Of a stretch of 64,000 nucleotides of DNA, positions 1 to 11,700 are shown in pieces. The stretch lies in NCBI RefSeq assembly GCF_009914755.1, contig NC_060941.1; one strand, written 5' to 3'. A program made the translations under genes and the position numbers. The DNA comes from the human T2T-CHM13v2.0 reference genome, Homo sapiens. The stretch's first letter is position 1. The number at the start of each line of letters is the position of its first letter. Below the pieces are notes generated by a model. That model was not told the origin of the DNA, made no database searches, and saw only the letters and a program-made list of their open reading frames with translations.

Positions 1-150
1 TAAACCGCACAGAACTAAACAGAAGCATTCTCAGAACCTTCTTCGTGATGTTTGCATTCAACTCACAGTGTTGAACCTTTCTTTGATAGTTCAGGTTTGA
101 AACGGTCTTTCTGTAGAAACTGCAAGTAGATATTTGGACCTCTCTGAGGA

Positions 151-167
151 TTTCGTTGGAAACGGGA
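151..167 (+). promoter_or_regulatory. CENP-B box (intact), repeated in each HOR
   Basis: TTTCGTTGGAAACGGGA matches NTTCGNNNNANNCGGGN. Confidence 0.95.
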
Positions 168-318
168 TAACCCGCACAGAACTAAAACAGAAGCATTCTC
201 AGAACCCTCTTCGTGATGTTTGCATTCAACTCACAGTGCTGAACCTTTCTTTGATAGTTCAGCTTTGAAACACTCTTTTTGTAGAAACTGCAAGTGGATA
301 TTTGGTCCTCTCTGAGGA

Positions 319-335
319 TTTCGTTGGAAACGGGA
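319..335 (+). promoter_or_regulatory. CENP-B box (intact), repeated in each HOR
   Basis: TTTCGTTGGAAACGGGA matches the 9-bp core. Confidence 0.95.
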
Positions 336-655
336 TAAACTGCACAGAACTAAACAGAAGCATTCTCAGAACCTTCTTCGTGATGTCTGCATTCAACTCA
401 CAGTGTGGAACCTTTCTTTGATAGTTCAGGTTTGAAACACTCTTTTTGTAGAAACTGCAAGGGGATAATTGCACTCTTTGAGGAGTACCGTAGTAAAGGA
501 AATAACTTCCTCTAAAAAGAAGACAGAAGCTTTCTCAGAAAATTCTTTGGGATGATTGAGTTGAACTCACAGAGCTGAGCATTCCTTGCGATGTAGCAGT
601 TTAGAAACACACTTTCTGCAGAATCTGCAAGTGCATATTTGGACCTCTGTGAGGA

Positions 656-672
656 ATTCGTTGGAAACGGGA
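656..672 (+). promoter_or_regulatory. CENP-B box (intact core) overlapping the constitutive EcoRI site
   Basis: ATTCGTTGGAAACGGGA; GAATTC at 654-659 recurs once per HOR. Confidence 0.93.
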
Positions 673-821
673 TAATTTCAGCTGACTAAACAGAAGCAGT
701 CTCAGAATCTTCTTTGTGATGTTTGCATTCAAATCCCCGAGTTGAACTTTCCTTTCAAAGTTCACGTTTGAAACACTCTTTTTGCAGGATCTACAAGTGG
801 ATATTTGGACCACTCTGTGTC

Positions 822-838
822 CTTCGTTCGAAACGGGT
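822..838 (+). promoter_or_regulatory. CENP-B box (intact core, TTCG-TTCG variant)
   Basis: CTTCGTTCGAAACGGGT matches NTTCGNNNNANNCGGGN. Confidence 0.92.
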
Positions 839-992
839 ATATCTTCACATGACATCTAGACAGAAGCATCCTCAGAAGCTTCTCTGTGATGACTGCATTC
901 AACTCACGGAGTTGAACACTCCTTTTGAGAGCGCAGTTTTGAAACTCTCTTTCTGTGGCATCTGCAAGGGGACATGTAGACCTCTTTGAAGA

Positions 993-1009
993 TTTCGTTG
1001 GAAACGGAA
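993..1009 (+). promoter_or_regulatory. Degenerate CENP-B box (CGGA instead of CGGG), in all copies inspected
   Basis: TTTCGTTGGAAACGGAA lacks the last core G; predicted weak or non-binding (inference). Confidence 0.8.
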
Positions 1010-1505
1010 TCATCTTCACATAAAAACTACACAGATGCATTCTCAGGAACTTTTTGGTGATGTTTGTATTCAACTCCCAGAGTTGAACTTTCCTTTGGAA
1101 AGAGCAGCTATGAAACACTGTTTTTCTAGAATCTGCAAGTGGACGTTTGGCGGGCTTTGTGGTTTGTGGTGGAAAAGGAAATATCTTCACCTAAATACTA
1201 GATAGAAGCATTCTCAGAAACTGCTTTGTGATGATTGCATTCACCTCACAGAGTTGAACATTCCTATTGATAGAGCAGTTTGGAAACACTCTTGTTGTGG
1301 AATGTGCAAGTGGAGATTTGGAGTGCTTTGAGGCCTATGGTAGTAAAGGGAATAGCTTCATAGAAAAACTAGACAGAAGCATTCTCAGAAAATACTTTGT
1401 GATGATTGAGTTTAACTCACAGAGCTGAACATTCCTTTGGATGGAGCAGGTTTGAGACACACTTTTTGTAGAATCTACAAGTGGATATTTGGACCTCTCT
1501 GAGGA

Positions 1506-1522
1506 TTTCGTTGGAAACGGGA
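1506..1522 (+). promoter_or_regulatory. CENP-B box (intact)
   Basis: TTTCGTTGGAAACGGGA. Confidence 0.95.
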
Positions 1523-1671
1523 TAACTGCACCTAACTAAACGGAAGCATTCTCAGAAACTTCTTGGTGATGTTTGCATTCAAATCCCAGAGTTGAACCTT
1601 CCTTTGATAGTTCAGGTTTGAAACACTCTTTTTGTAGGATCTGCAAGTGGATATTTGGACCACTCTGTGGC

Positions 1672-1688
1672 CTTCGTTCGAAACGGGT
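1672..1688 (+). promoter_or_regulatory. CENP-B box (intact core, TTCG-TTCG variant)
   Basis: CTTCGTTCGAAACGGGT. Confidence 0.92.
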
Positions 1689-1842
1689 ATATCTTCGCAT
1701 AAAATCTAGACAGAAGCCTTCTCAGAAACTTCTCTGTGATGATTGCATTCAACTCACAGAGTTGAACCCTCCTATGGATAGAGCAGTGTTGAAACTCTCT
1801 TTTTGTGGAATCTGCAAGTGGATATGTGGACCTCTCCGAAGA

Positions 1843-1859
1843 TGTCTTTGGAAACGGGA
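1843..1859 (+). promoter_or_regulatory. Degenerate CENP-B box (5' TTCG lost)
   Basis: TGTCTTTGGAAACGGGA at the box-equivalent position. Confidence 0.75.
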
Positions 1860-2185
1860 ATATCTTCACATAAAAACTAAACAGAAGCATTCTCAGAAAC
1901 TTCTCTGTGATGTTTGTGTTCAACTCCCAGAGTTTCACATTGCTTTTCATAGAGTAGTTCTGAAACATGCTTTTCGTAGTGTCTACAAGTGGACATTTGG
2001 AGCGCTTTCAGGCCTGTGGTGGAAAACGAATTATGGTCACATAAAAACTGGAGAGAAGCATTGTCAGAAACTTCTTTGTGATGATTGCATTCAACTCACA
2101 GAGTTGAAGGTTCCTTTTCAAAGAGCAGTTTCCAATCACTCTTTCTGTGGAATCTGCAAGTGGATATTTGGACCTATTTTGAAGA

Positions 2186-2202
2186 TTTCGTTGGAAACGG
2201 GA
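2186..2202 (+). promoter_or_regulatory. CENP-B box (intact)
   Basis: TTTCGTTGGAAACGGGA. Confidence 0.95.
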
Positions 2203-2698
2203 GAATCTTCACAGGAAAGCTAAACAGAAGCATTCTCAGAAACTTCTTTGTGATGCTTGCATTCAACTCACAGAGTTGAACTTTCCTTTCGAGAGAGAAG
2301 CTTTGAAACACTCTTTTTCCAGAATCTGCAAGTGGACATTTGGAGGGCTTTGAGGCCTGTGGTGGAAAAGGAATTATCTTCCCGTAAAAGCTAGATAGAA
2401 GCATTCTCAGAAACTACTTTGTGATGATTGCATTCAAGTCACAGAGTTGAACATTCCCTTTGACAGAGCAGTTTGGAAACTCTCTTTGTGTAGAATCTGC
2501 AAGTGGAGATATGGACCGCTTTGAGGCCTATGGTAGTAAAGGAAATAGCTTCATATAAAAGCTAGACAGTAGCATTCACAGAAAACTCTTGGTGACGACT
2601 GAGTTTAACTCACAGAGCTGAACATTCCTTTGGATGGAGCAGTTTCGAAACACACTATTTGTAGAATGTGCAAGTGGATATTTAGGCCTCTCTGAGGA

Positions 2699-2715
2699 TT
2701 TCGTTGGAAACGGGA
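2699..2715 (+). promoter_or_regulatory. CENP-B box (intact)
   Basis: TTTCGTTGGAAACGGGA. Confidence 0.95.
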
Positions 2716-5700
2716 TAAACCGCACAGAACTAAACAGAAGCATTCTCAGAACCTTCTTCGTGATGTTTGCATTCAACTCACAGTGTTGAACCTTTCTTTG
2801 ATAGTTCAGGTTTGAAACGGTCTTTCTGTAGAAACTGCAAGTAGATATTTGGACCGCTCTGAGGATTTCGTTGGAAACGGGATAACCCGCACAGAACTAA
2901 AACAGAAGCATTCTCAGAACCCTCTTCGTGATGTTTGCATTCAACTCACAGTGCTGAACCTTTCTTTGATAGTTCAGCTTTGAAACACTCTTTTTGTAGA
3001 AACTGCAAGTGGATATTTGGTCCTCTCTGAGGATTTCGTTGGAAACGGGATAAACTGCACAGAACTAAACAGAAGCATTCTCAGAACCTTCTTCGTGATG
3101 TCTGCATTCAACTCACAGTGTGGAACCTTTCTTTGATAGTTCAGGTTTGAAACACTCTTTTTGTAGAAACTGCAAGGGGATAATTGCACTCTTTGAGGAG
3201 TACCGTAGTAAAGGAAATAACTTCCTCTAAAAAGAAGACAGAAGCTTTCTCAGAAAATTCTTTGGGATGATTGAGTTGAACTCACAGAGCTGAGCATTCC
3301 TTGCGATGTAGCAGTTTAGAAACACACTTTCTGCAGAATCTGCAAGTGCATATTTGGACCTCTGTGAGGAATTCGTTGGAAACGGGATAATTTCAGCTGA
3401 CTAAACAGAAGCAGTCTCAGAATCTTCTTTGTGATGTTTGCATTCAAATCCCCGAGTTGAACTTTCCTTTCAAAGTTCACGTTTGAAACACTCTTTTTGC
3501 AGGATCTACAAGTGGATATTTGGACCACTCTGTGTCCTTCGTTCGAAACGGGTATATCTTCACATGACATCTAGACAGAAGCATCCTCAGAAGCTTCTCT
3601 GTGATGACTGCATTCAACTCACGGAGTTGAACACTCCTTTTGAGAGCGCAGTTTTGAAACTCTCTTTCTGTGGCATCTGCAAGGGGACATGTAGACCTCT
3701 TTGAAGATTTCGTTGGAAACGGAATCATCTTCACATAAAAACTACACAGATGCATTCTCAGGAACTTTTTGGTGATGTTTGTATTCAACTCCCAGAGTTG
3801 AACTTTCCTTTGGAAAGAGCAGCTATGAAACACTGTTTTTCTAGAATCTGCAAGTGGACGTTTGGAGGGCTTTGTGGTTTGTGGTGGAAAAGGAAATATC
3901 TTCACCTAAATACTAGATAGAAGCATTCTCAGAAACTGCTTTGTGATGATTGCATTCACCTCACAGAGTTGAACATTCCTATTGATAGAGCAGTTTGGAA
4001 ACACTCTTGTTGTGGAATGTGCAAGTGGAGATTTGGAGCGCTTTGAGGCCTATGGTAGTAAAGGGAATAGCTTCATAGAAAAACTAGACAGAAGCATTCT
4101 CAGAAAATACTTTGTGATGATTGAGTTTAACTCACAGAGCTGAACATTCCTTTGGATGGAGCAGGTTTGAGACACACCTTTTGTAGAATCTACAAGTGGA
4201 TATTTGGACCTCTCTGAGGATTTCGTTGGAAACGGGATAACTGCACCTAACTAAACGGAAGCATTCTCAGAAACTTCTTGGTGATGTTTGCATTCAAATC
4301 CCAGAGTTGAACCTTCCTTTGATAGTTCAGGTTTGAAACACTCTTTTTGTAGGATCTGCAAGTGGATATTTGGACCACTCTGTGGCCTTCGTTCGAAACG
4401 GGTACATCTTCGCATAAAATCTAGACAGAAGCCTTCTCAGAAACTTCTCTGTGATGATTGCATTCAACTCACAGAGTTGAACCCTCCTATGGATAGAGCA
4501 GTGTTGAAACTCTCTTTTTGTGGAATCTGCAAGTGGATATGTGGACCTCTCCGAAGATGTCTTTGGAAACGGGAATATCTTCACATAAAAACTAAACAGA
4601 AGCATTCTCAGAAACTTCTCTGTGATGTTTGTGTTCAACTCCCAGAGTTTCACATTGCTTTTCATAGAGTAGTTCTGAAACATGCTTTTCGTAGTGTCTA
4701 CAAGTGGACATTTGGAGCGCTTTCAGGCCTGTGGTGGAAAACGAATTATGGTCACATAAAAACTGGAGAGAAGCATTGTCAGAAACTTCTTTGTGATGAT
4801 TGCATTCAACTCACAGAGTTGAAGGTTCCTTTTCAAAGAGCAGTTTCCAATCACTCTTTGTGTGGAATCTGCAAGTGGATATTTGGACCTATTTTGAAGA
4901 TTTCGTTGGAAACGGGAGAATCTTCACAGGAAAGCTAAACAGAAGCATTCTCAGAAACTTCTTTGTGATGCTTGCATTCAACTCACAGAGTTGAACTTTC
5001 CTTTCGAGAGAGAAGCTTTGAAACACTCTTTTTCCAGAATCTGCAAGTGGACATTTGGAGGGCTTTGAGGCCTGTGGTGGAAAAGGAATTATCTTCCCGT
5101 AAAAGCTAGATAGAAGCATTCTCAGAAACTACTTTGTGATGATTGCATTCAAGTCACAGAGTTGAACATTCCCTTTGACAGAGCAGTTTGGAAACTCTCT
5201 TTGTGTAGAATCTGCAAGTGGAGATATGGACCGCTTTGAGGCCTATGGTAGTAAAGGAAATAGCTTCATATAAAAGCTAGACAGTAGCATTCACAGAAAA
5301 CTCTTGGTGACGACTGAGTTTAACTCACAGAGCTGAACATTCCTTTGGATGGAGCAGTTTCGAAACACACTATTTGTAGAATGTGCAAGTGGATATTTAG
5401 GCCTCTCTGAGGATTTCGTTGGAAAAGGGATAAACCGCACAGAACTAAACAGAAGCATTCTCAGAACCTTCTTCGTGATGTTTGCATTCAACTCACAGTG
5501 TTGAACCTTTCTTTGATAGTTCAGGTTTGAAACGGTCTTTCTGTAGAAACTGCAAGTAGATATTTGGACCTCTCTGAGGATTTCGTTGGAAACGGGATAA
5601 CCCGCACAGAACTAAAACAGAAGCATTCTCAGAACCCTCTTCGTGATGTTTGCATTCAACTCACAGTGCTGAACCTTTCTTTGATAGTTCAGCTTTGAAA

Positions 5701-8700
5701 CACTCTTTTTGTAGAAACTGCAAGTGGATATTTGGTCCTCTCTGAGGAATTCGTTGGAAACGGGATAAACTGCACAGAACTAAACAGAAGCATTCTCAGA
5801 ACCTTCTTCGTGATGTCTGCATTCAACTCACAGTGTGGAACCTTTCTTTGATAGTTCAGGTTTGAAACACTCTTTTTGTAGAAACTGCAAGGGGATAATT
5901 GCACTCTTTGAGGAGTACCGTAGTAAAGGAAATAACTTCCTATAAAAAGAAGACAGAAGCTTTCTCAGAAAATTCTTTGGGATGATTGAGTTGAACTCAC
6001 AGAGCTGAGCATTCCTTGCGATGTAGCAGTTTAGAAACACACTTTCTGCAGAATCTGCAAGTGCATATTTGGACCTCTGTGAGGAATTCGTTGGAAACGG
6101 GATAATTTCAGCTGACTAAACAGAAGCAGTCTCAGAATCTTCTTTGTGATGTTTGCATTCAAATCCCCGAGTTGAACTTTCCTTTCAAAGTTCACGTTTG
6201 AAACACTCTTTTTGCAGGATCTACAAGTGGATATTTGGACCACTCTGTGTCCTTCGTTCGAAACGGGTATATCTTCACATGACATCTAGACAGAAGCATC
6301 CTCAGAAGCTTCTCTGTGATGACTGCATTCAACTCACGGAGTTGAACACTCCTTTTGAGAGCGCAGTTTTGAAACTCTCTTTCTGTGGCATCTGCAAGGG
6401 GACATGTAGACCTCTTTGAAGATTTCGTTGGAAACGGAATCATCTTCACATAAAAACTATACAGATGCATTCTCAGGAACTTTTTGGTGATGTTTGTATT
6501 CAACTCCCAGAGTTGAACTTTCCTTTGGAAAGAGCAGCTATGAAACACTGTTTTTCTAGAATCTGCAAGTGGACGTTTGGAGGGCTTTGTGGTTTGTGGT
6601 GGAAAAGGAAATATCTTCACCTAAATACTAGATAGAAGCATTCTCAGAAACTGCTTTGTGATGATTGCATTCACCTCACAGAGTTGAACATTCCTATTGA
6701 TAGAGCAGTTTGGAAACACTCTTGTTGTGGAATGTGCAAGTGGAGATTTGGAGCGCTTTGAGGCCTATGGTAGTAAAGGGAATAGCTTCATAGAAAAACT
6801 AGACAGAAGCATTCTCAGAAAATACTTTGTGATGATTGAGTTTAACTCACAGAGCTGAACATTCCTTTGGATGGAGCAGGTTTGAGACACACCTTTTGTA
6901 GAATCTACAAGTGGATATTTGGACCTCTCTGAGGATTTCGTTGGAAACGGGATAACTGCACCTAACTAAACGGAAGCATTCTCAGAAACTTCTTGGTGAT
7001 GTTTGCATTCAAATCCCAGAGTTGAACCTTCCTTTGATAGTTCAGGTTTGAAACACTCTTTTTGTAGGATCTGCAAGTGGATATTTGGACCACTCTGTGG
7101 CCTTCGTTCGAAACGGGTACATCTTCGCATAAAATCTAGACAGAAGCCTTCTCAGAAACTTCTCTGTGATGATTGCATTCAACTCACAGAGTTGAACCCT
7201 CCTATGGATAGAGCAGTGTTGAAACTCTCTTTTTGTGGAATCTGCAAGTGGATATGTGGACCTCTCCGAAGATGTCTTTGGAAACGGGAATATCTTCACA
7301 TAAAAACTTAACAGAAGCATTCTCAGAAACTTCTCTGTGATGTTTGTGTTCAACTCCCAGAGTTTCACATTGCTTTTCATAGAGTAGTTCTGAAACATGC
7401 TTTTCGTAGTGTCTACAAGTGGACATTTGGAGCGCTTTCAGGCCTGTGGTGGAAAACGAATTATGGTCACATAAAAACTGGAGAGAAGCATTGTCAGAAA
7501 CTTCTTTGTGATGATTGCATTCAACTCACAGAGTTGAAGGTTCCTTTTCAAAGAGCAGTTTCCAATCACTCTTTCTGTGGAATCTGCAAGTGGATATTTG
7601 GACCTATTTTGAAGATTTCGTTGGAAACGGGAGAATCTTCACAGGAAAGCTAAACAGAAGCATTCTCAGAAACTTCTTTGTGATGCTTGCATTCAACTCA
7701 CAGAGTTGAACTTTCCTTTCGAGAGAGAAGCTTTGAAACACTCTTTTTCCAGAATCTGCAAGTGGACATTTGGAGGGCTTTGAGGCCTGTGGTGGAAAAG
7801 GAATTATCTTCCCGTAAAAGCTAGATAGAAGCATTCTCAGAAACTACTTTGTGATGATTGCATTCAAGTCACAGAGTTGAACATTCCCTTTGACAGAGCA
7901 GTTTGGAAACTCTCTTTGTGTAGAATCTGCAAGTGGAGATATGGACCGCTTTGAGGCCTATGGTAGTAAAGGAAATAGCTTCATATAAAAGCTAGACAGT
8001 AGCATTCACAGAAAACTCTTGGTGACGACTGAGTTTAACTCACAGAGCTGAACATTCCTTTGGATGGAGCAGTTTCGAAACACACTATTTGTAGAATGTG
8101 CAAGTGGATATTTAGGCCTCTCTGAGGATTTCGTTGGAAACGGGATAAACCGCACAGAACTAAACAGAAGCATTCTCAGAACCTTCTTCGTGATGTTTGC
8201 ATTCAACTCACAGTGTTGAACCTTTCTTTGATAGTTCAGGTTTGAAACGGTCTTTCTGTAGAAACTGCAAGTAGATATTTGGACCTCTCTGAGGATTTCG
8301 TTGGAAACGGGATAACCCGCACAGAACTAAAACAGAAGCATTCTCAGAACCCTCTTCGTGATGTTTGCATTCAACTCACAGTGCTGAACCTTTCTTTGAT
8401 AGTTCAGCTTTGAAACACTCTTTTTGTAGAAACTGCAAGTGGATATTTGGTCCTCTCTGAGGATTTCGTTGGAAACGGGATAAACTGCACAGAACTAAAC
8501 AGAAGCATTCTCAGAACCTTCTTCGTGATGTCTGCATTCAACTCACAGTGTGGAACCTTTCTTTGATAGTTCAGGTTTGAAACACTCTTTTTGTAGAAAC
8601 TGCAAGGGGATAATTGCACTCTTTGAGGAGTACCGTAGTAAAGGAAATAACTTCCTATAAAAAGAAGACAGAAGCTTTCTCAGAAAATTCTTTGGGATGA

Positions 8701-11700
8701 TTGAGTTGAACTCACAGAGCTGAGCATTCCTTGCGATGTAGCAGTTTAGAAACACACTTTCTGCAGAATCTGCAAGTGCATATTTGGACCTCTGTGAGGA
8801 ATTCGTTGGAAACGGGATAATTTCAGCTGACTAAACAGAAGCAGTCTCAGAATCTTCTTTGTGATGTTTGCATTCAAATCCCCGAGTTGAACTTTCCTTT
8901 CAAAGTTCACGTTTGAAACACTCTTTTTGCAGGATCTACAAGTGGATATTTGGACCACTCTGTGTCCTTCGTTCGAAACGGGTATATCTTCACATGACAT
9001 CTAGACAGAAGCATCCTCAGAAGCTTCTCTGTGATGACTGCATTCAACTCACGGAGTTGAACACTCCTTTTGAGAGCGCAGTTTTGAAACTCTCTTTCTG
9101 TGGCATCTGCAAGGGGACATGTAGACCTCTTTGAAGATTTCGTTGGAAACGGAATCATCTTCACATAAAAACTACACAGATGCATTCTCAGGAACTTTTT
9201 GGTGATGTTTGTATTCAACTCCCAGAGTTGAACTTTCCTTTGGAAAGAGCAGCTATGAAACACTGTTTTTCTAGAATCTGCAAGTGGACGTTTGGAGGGC
9301 TTTGTGGTTTGTGGTGGAAAAGGAAATATCTTCACCTAAATACTAGATAGAAGCATTCTCAGAAACTGCTTTGTGATGATTGCATTCACCTCACAGAGTT
9401 GAACATTCCTATTGATAGAGCAGTTTGGAAACACTCTTGTTGTGGAATGTGCAAGTGGAGATTTGGAGTGCTTTGAGGCCTATGGTAGTAAAGGGAATAG
9501 CTTCATAGAAAAACTAGACAGAAGCATTCTCAGAAAATACTTTGTGATGATTGAGTTTAACTCACAGAGCTGAACATTCCTTTGGATGGAGCAGGTTTGA
9601 GACACACTTTTTGTAGAATCTACAAGTGGATATTTGGACCTCTCTGAGGATTTCGTTGGAAACGGGATAACTGCACCTAACTAAACGGAAGCATTCTCAG
9701 AAACTTCTTGGTGATGTTTGCATTCAAATCCCAGAGTTGAACCTTCCTTTGATAGTTCAGGTTTGAAACACTCTTTTTGTAGGATCTGCAAGTGGATATT
9801 TGGACCACTCTGTGGCCTTCGTTCGAAACGGGTACATCTTCGCATAAAATCTAGACAGAAGCCTTCTCAGAAACTTCTCTGTGATGATTGCATTCAACTC
9901 ACAGAGTTGAACCCTCCTATGGATAGAGCAGTGTTGAAACTCTCTTTTTGTGGAATCTGCAAGTGGATATGTGGACCTCTCCGAAGATGTCTTTGGAAAC
10001 GGGAATATCTTCACATAAAAACTAAACAGAAGCATTCTCAGAAACTTCTCTGTGATGTTTGTGTTCAACTCCCAGAGTTTCACATTGCTTTTCATAGAGT
10101 AGTTCTGAAACATGCTTTTCGTAGTGTCTACAAGTGGACATTTGGAGCGCTTTCAGGCCTGTGGTGGAAAACGAATTATGGTCACATAAAAACTGGAGAG
10201 AAGCATTGTCAGAAACTTCTTTGTGATGATTGCATTCAACTCACAGAGTTGAAGGTTCCTTTTCAAAGAGCAGTTTCCAATCACTCTTTCTGTGGAATCT
10301 GCAAGTGGATATTTGGACCTATTTTGAAGATTTCGTTGGAAACGGGAGAATCTTCACAGGAAAGCTAAACAGAAGCATTCTCAGAAACTTCTTTGTGATG
10401 CTTGCATTCAACTCACAGAGTTGAACTTTCCTTTCGAGAGAGAAGCTTTGAAACACTCTTTTTCCAGAATCTGCAAGTGGACATTTGGAGGGCTTTGAGG
10501 CCTGTGGTGGAAAAGGAATTATCTTCCCGTAAAAGCTAGATAGAAGCATTCTCAGAAACTACTTTGTGATGATTGCATTCAAGTCACAGAGTTGAACATT
10601 CCCTTTGACAGAGCAGTTTGGAAACTCTCTTTGTGTAGAATCTGCAAGTGGAGATATGGACCGCTTTGAGGCCTATGGTAGTAAAGGAAATAGCTTCATA
10701 TAAAAGCTAGACAGTAGCATTCACAGAAAACTCTTGGTGACGACTGAGTTTAACTCACAGAGCTGAACATTCCTTTGGATGGAGCAGTTTCGAAACACAC
10801 TATTTGTAGAATGTGCAAGTGGATATTTAGGCCTCTCTGAGGATTTCGTTGGAAACGGGATAAACCGCACAGAACTAAACAGAAGCATTCTCAGAACCTT
10901 CTTCGTGATGTTTGCATTCAACTCACAGTGTTGAACCTTTCTTTGATAGTTCAGGTTTGAAACGGTCTTTCTGTAGAAACTGCAAGTAGATATTTGGACC
11001 TCTCTGAGGATTTCGTTGGAAACGGGATAACCCGCACAGAACTAAAACAGAAGCATTCTCAGAACCCTCTTCGTGATGTTTGCATTCAACTCACAGTGCT
11101 GAACCTTTCTTTGATAGTTCAGCTTTGAAACACTCTTTTTGTAGAAACTGCAAGTGGATATTTGGTCCTCTCTGAGGATTTCGTTGGAAACGGGATAAAC
11201 TGCACAGAACTAAACAGAAGCATTCTCAGAACCTTCTTCGTGATGTCTGCATTCAACTCACAGTGTGGAACCTTTCTTTGATAGTTCAGGTTTGAAACAC
11301 TCTTTTTGTAGAAACTGCAAGGGGATAATTGCACTCTTTGAGGAGTACCGTAGTAAAGGAAATAACTTCCTATAAAAAGAAGACAGAAGCTTTCTCAGAA
11401 AATTCTTTGGGATGATTGAGTTGAACTCACAGAGCTGAGCATTCCTTGCGATGTAGCAGTTTAGAAACACACTTTCTGCAGAATCTGCAAGTGCATATTT
11501 GGACCTCTGTGAGGAATTCGTTGGAAACGGGATAATTTCAGCTGACTAAACAGAAGCAGTCTCAGAATCTTCTTTGTGATGTTTGCATTCAAATCCCCGA
11601 GTTGAACTTTCCTTTCAAAGTTCACGTTTGAAACACTCTTTTTGCAGGTTCTACAAGTGGATATTTGGACCACTCTGTGTCCTTCGTTCGAAACGGGTAT

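Larger units (their letters stand above)
21..524. repeat. Three adjacent, closely related short monomers (168, 167, 169 bp) present in every HOR
   Basis: All three share AGAACC(T/C)TCTTCGTGATG, CTCACAGTG(T/C)(T/G)GAACCTTTCTTTGATAGTTCAG and TGTAGAAACTGCAAG, which the other 13 monomers lack. Confidence 0.9.
692..1541. repeat. Pentamer block (850 bp) of SF3 type within the HOR
   Basis: The monomer at 692 is paralogous to the one at 1542 (CATTCAAATCCC...GGACCACTCTGTG..CTTCGTTCGAAACGGGT), offset 850 bp, i.e. five monomers. Monomers 1033/1204/1375 resemble 2226/2397/2568. Confidence 0.85.
21..2735. repeat. Representative HOR unit with 16 monomers
   Basis: Monomer starts at the AGAAGCATTC-like motif: 21, 189, 356, 525, 692, 862, 1033, 1204, 1375, 1542, 1712, 1883, 2054, 2226, 2397, 2568; next unit at 2736. 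Lengths are 167-172 bp and sum to 2715. Confidence 0.95.

Noticed and set aside
1573-2223. 216-aa plus-strand ORF repeated in most HORs
   Set aside because: It is translated alphoid monomer sequence with a TTG start, internal ~57-aa periodicity and no recognisable domain. A stop truncates it in units 3, 6, 7 and 17. Its recurrence reflects DNA repetition.
874-2651. 10-bp palindromes AGAAGCTTCT (874-883) and GTTTCGAAAC (2642-2651)
   Set aside because: Short dyads are common in alpha satellite and about this number is expected by chance in 2.7 kb. They are too short to support a terminator or cruciform call.
151-2715. Regularly spaced TTTCGTTGGAAACGGGA motifs resembling CRISPR repeats
   Set aside because: The intervening ~150-bp segments are homologous to each other and repeat every HOR, rather than being unique spacers. 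No cas genes are present, and the motifs are CENP-B boxes.
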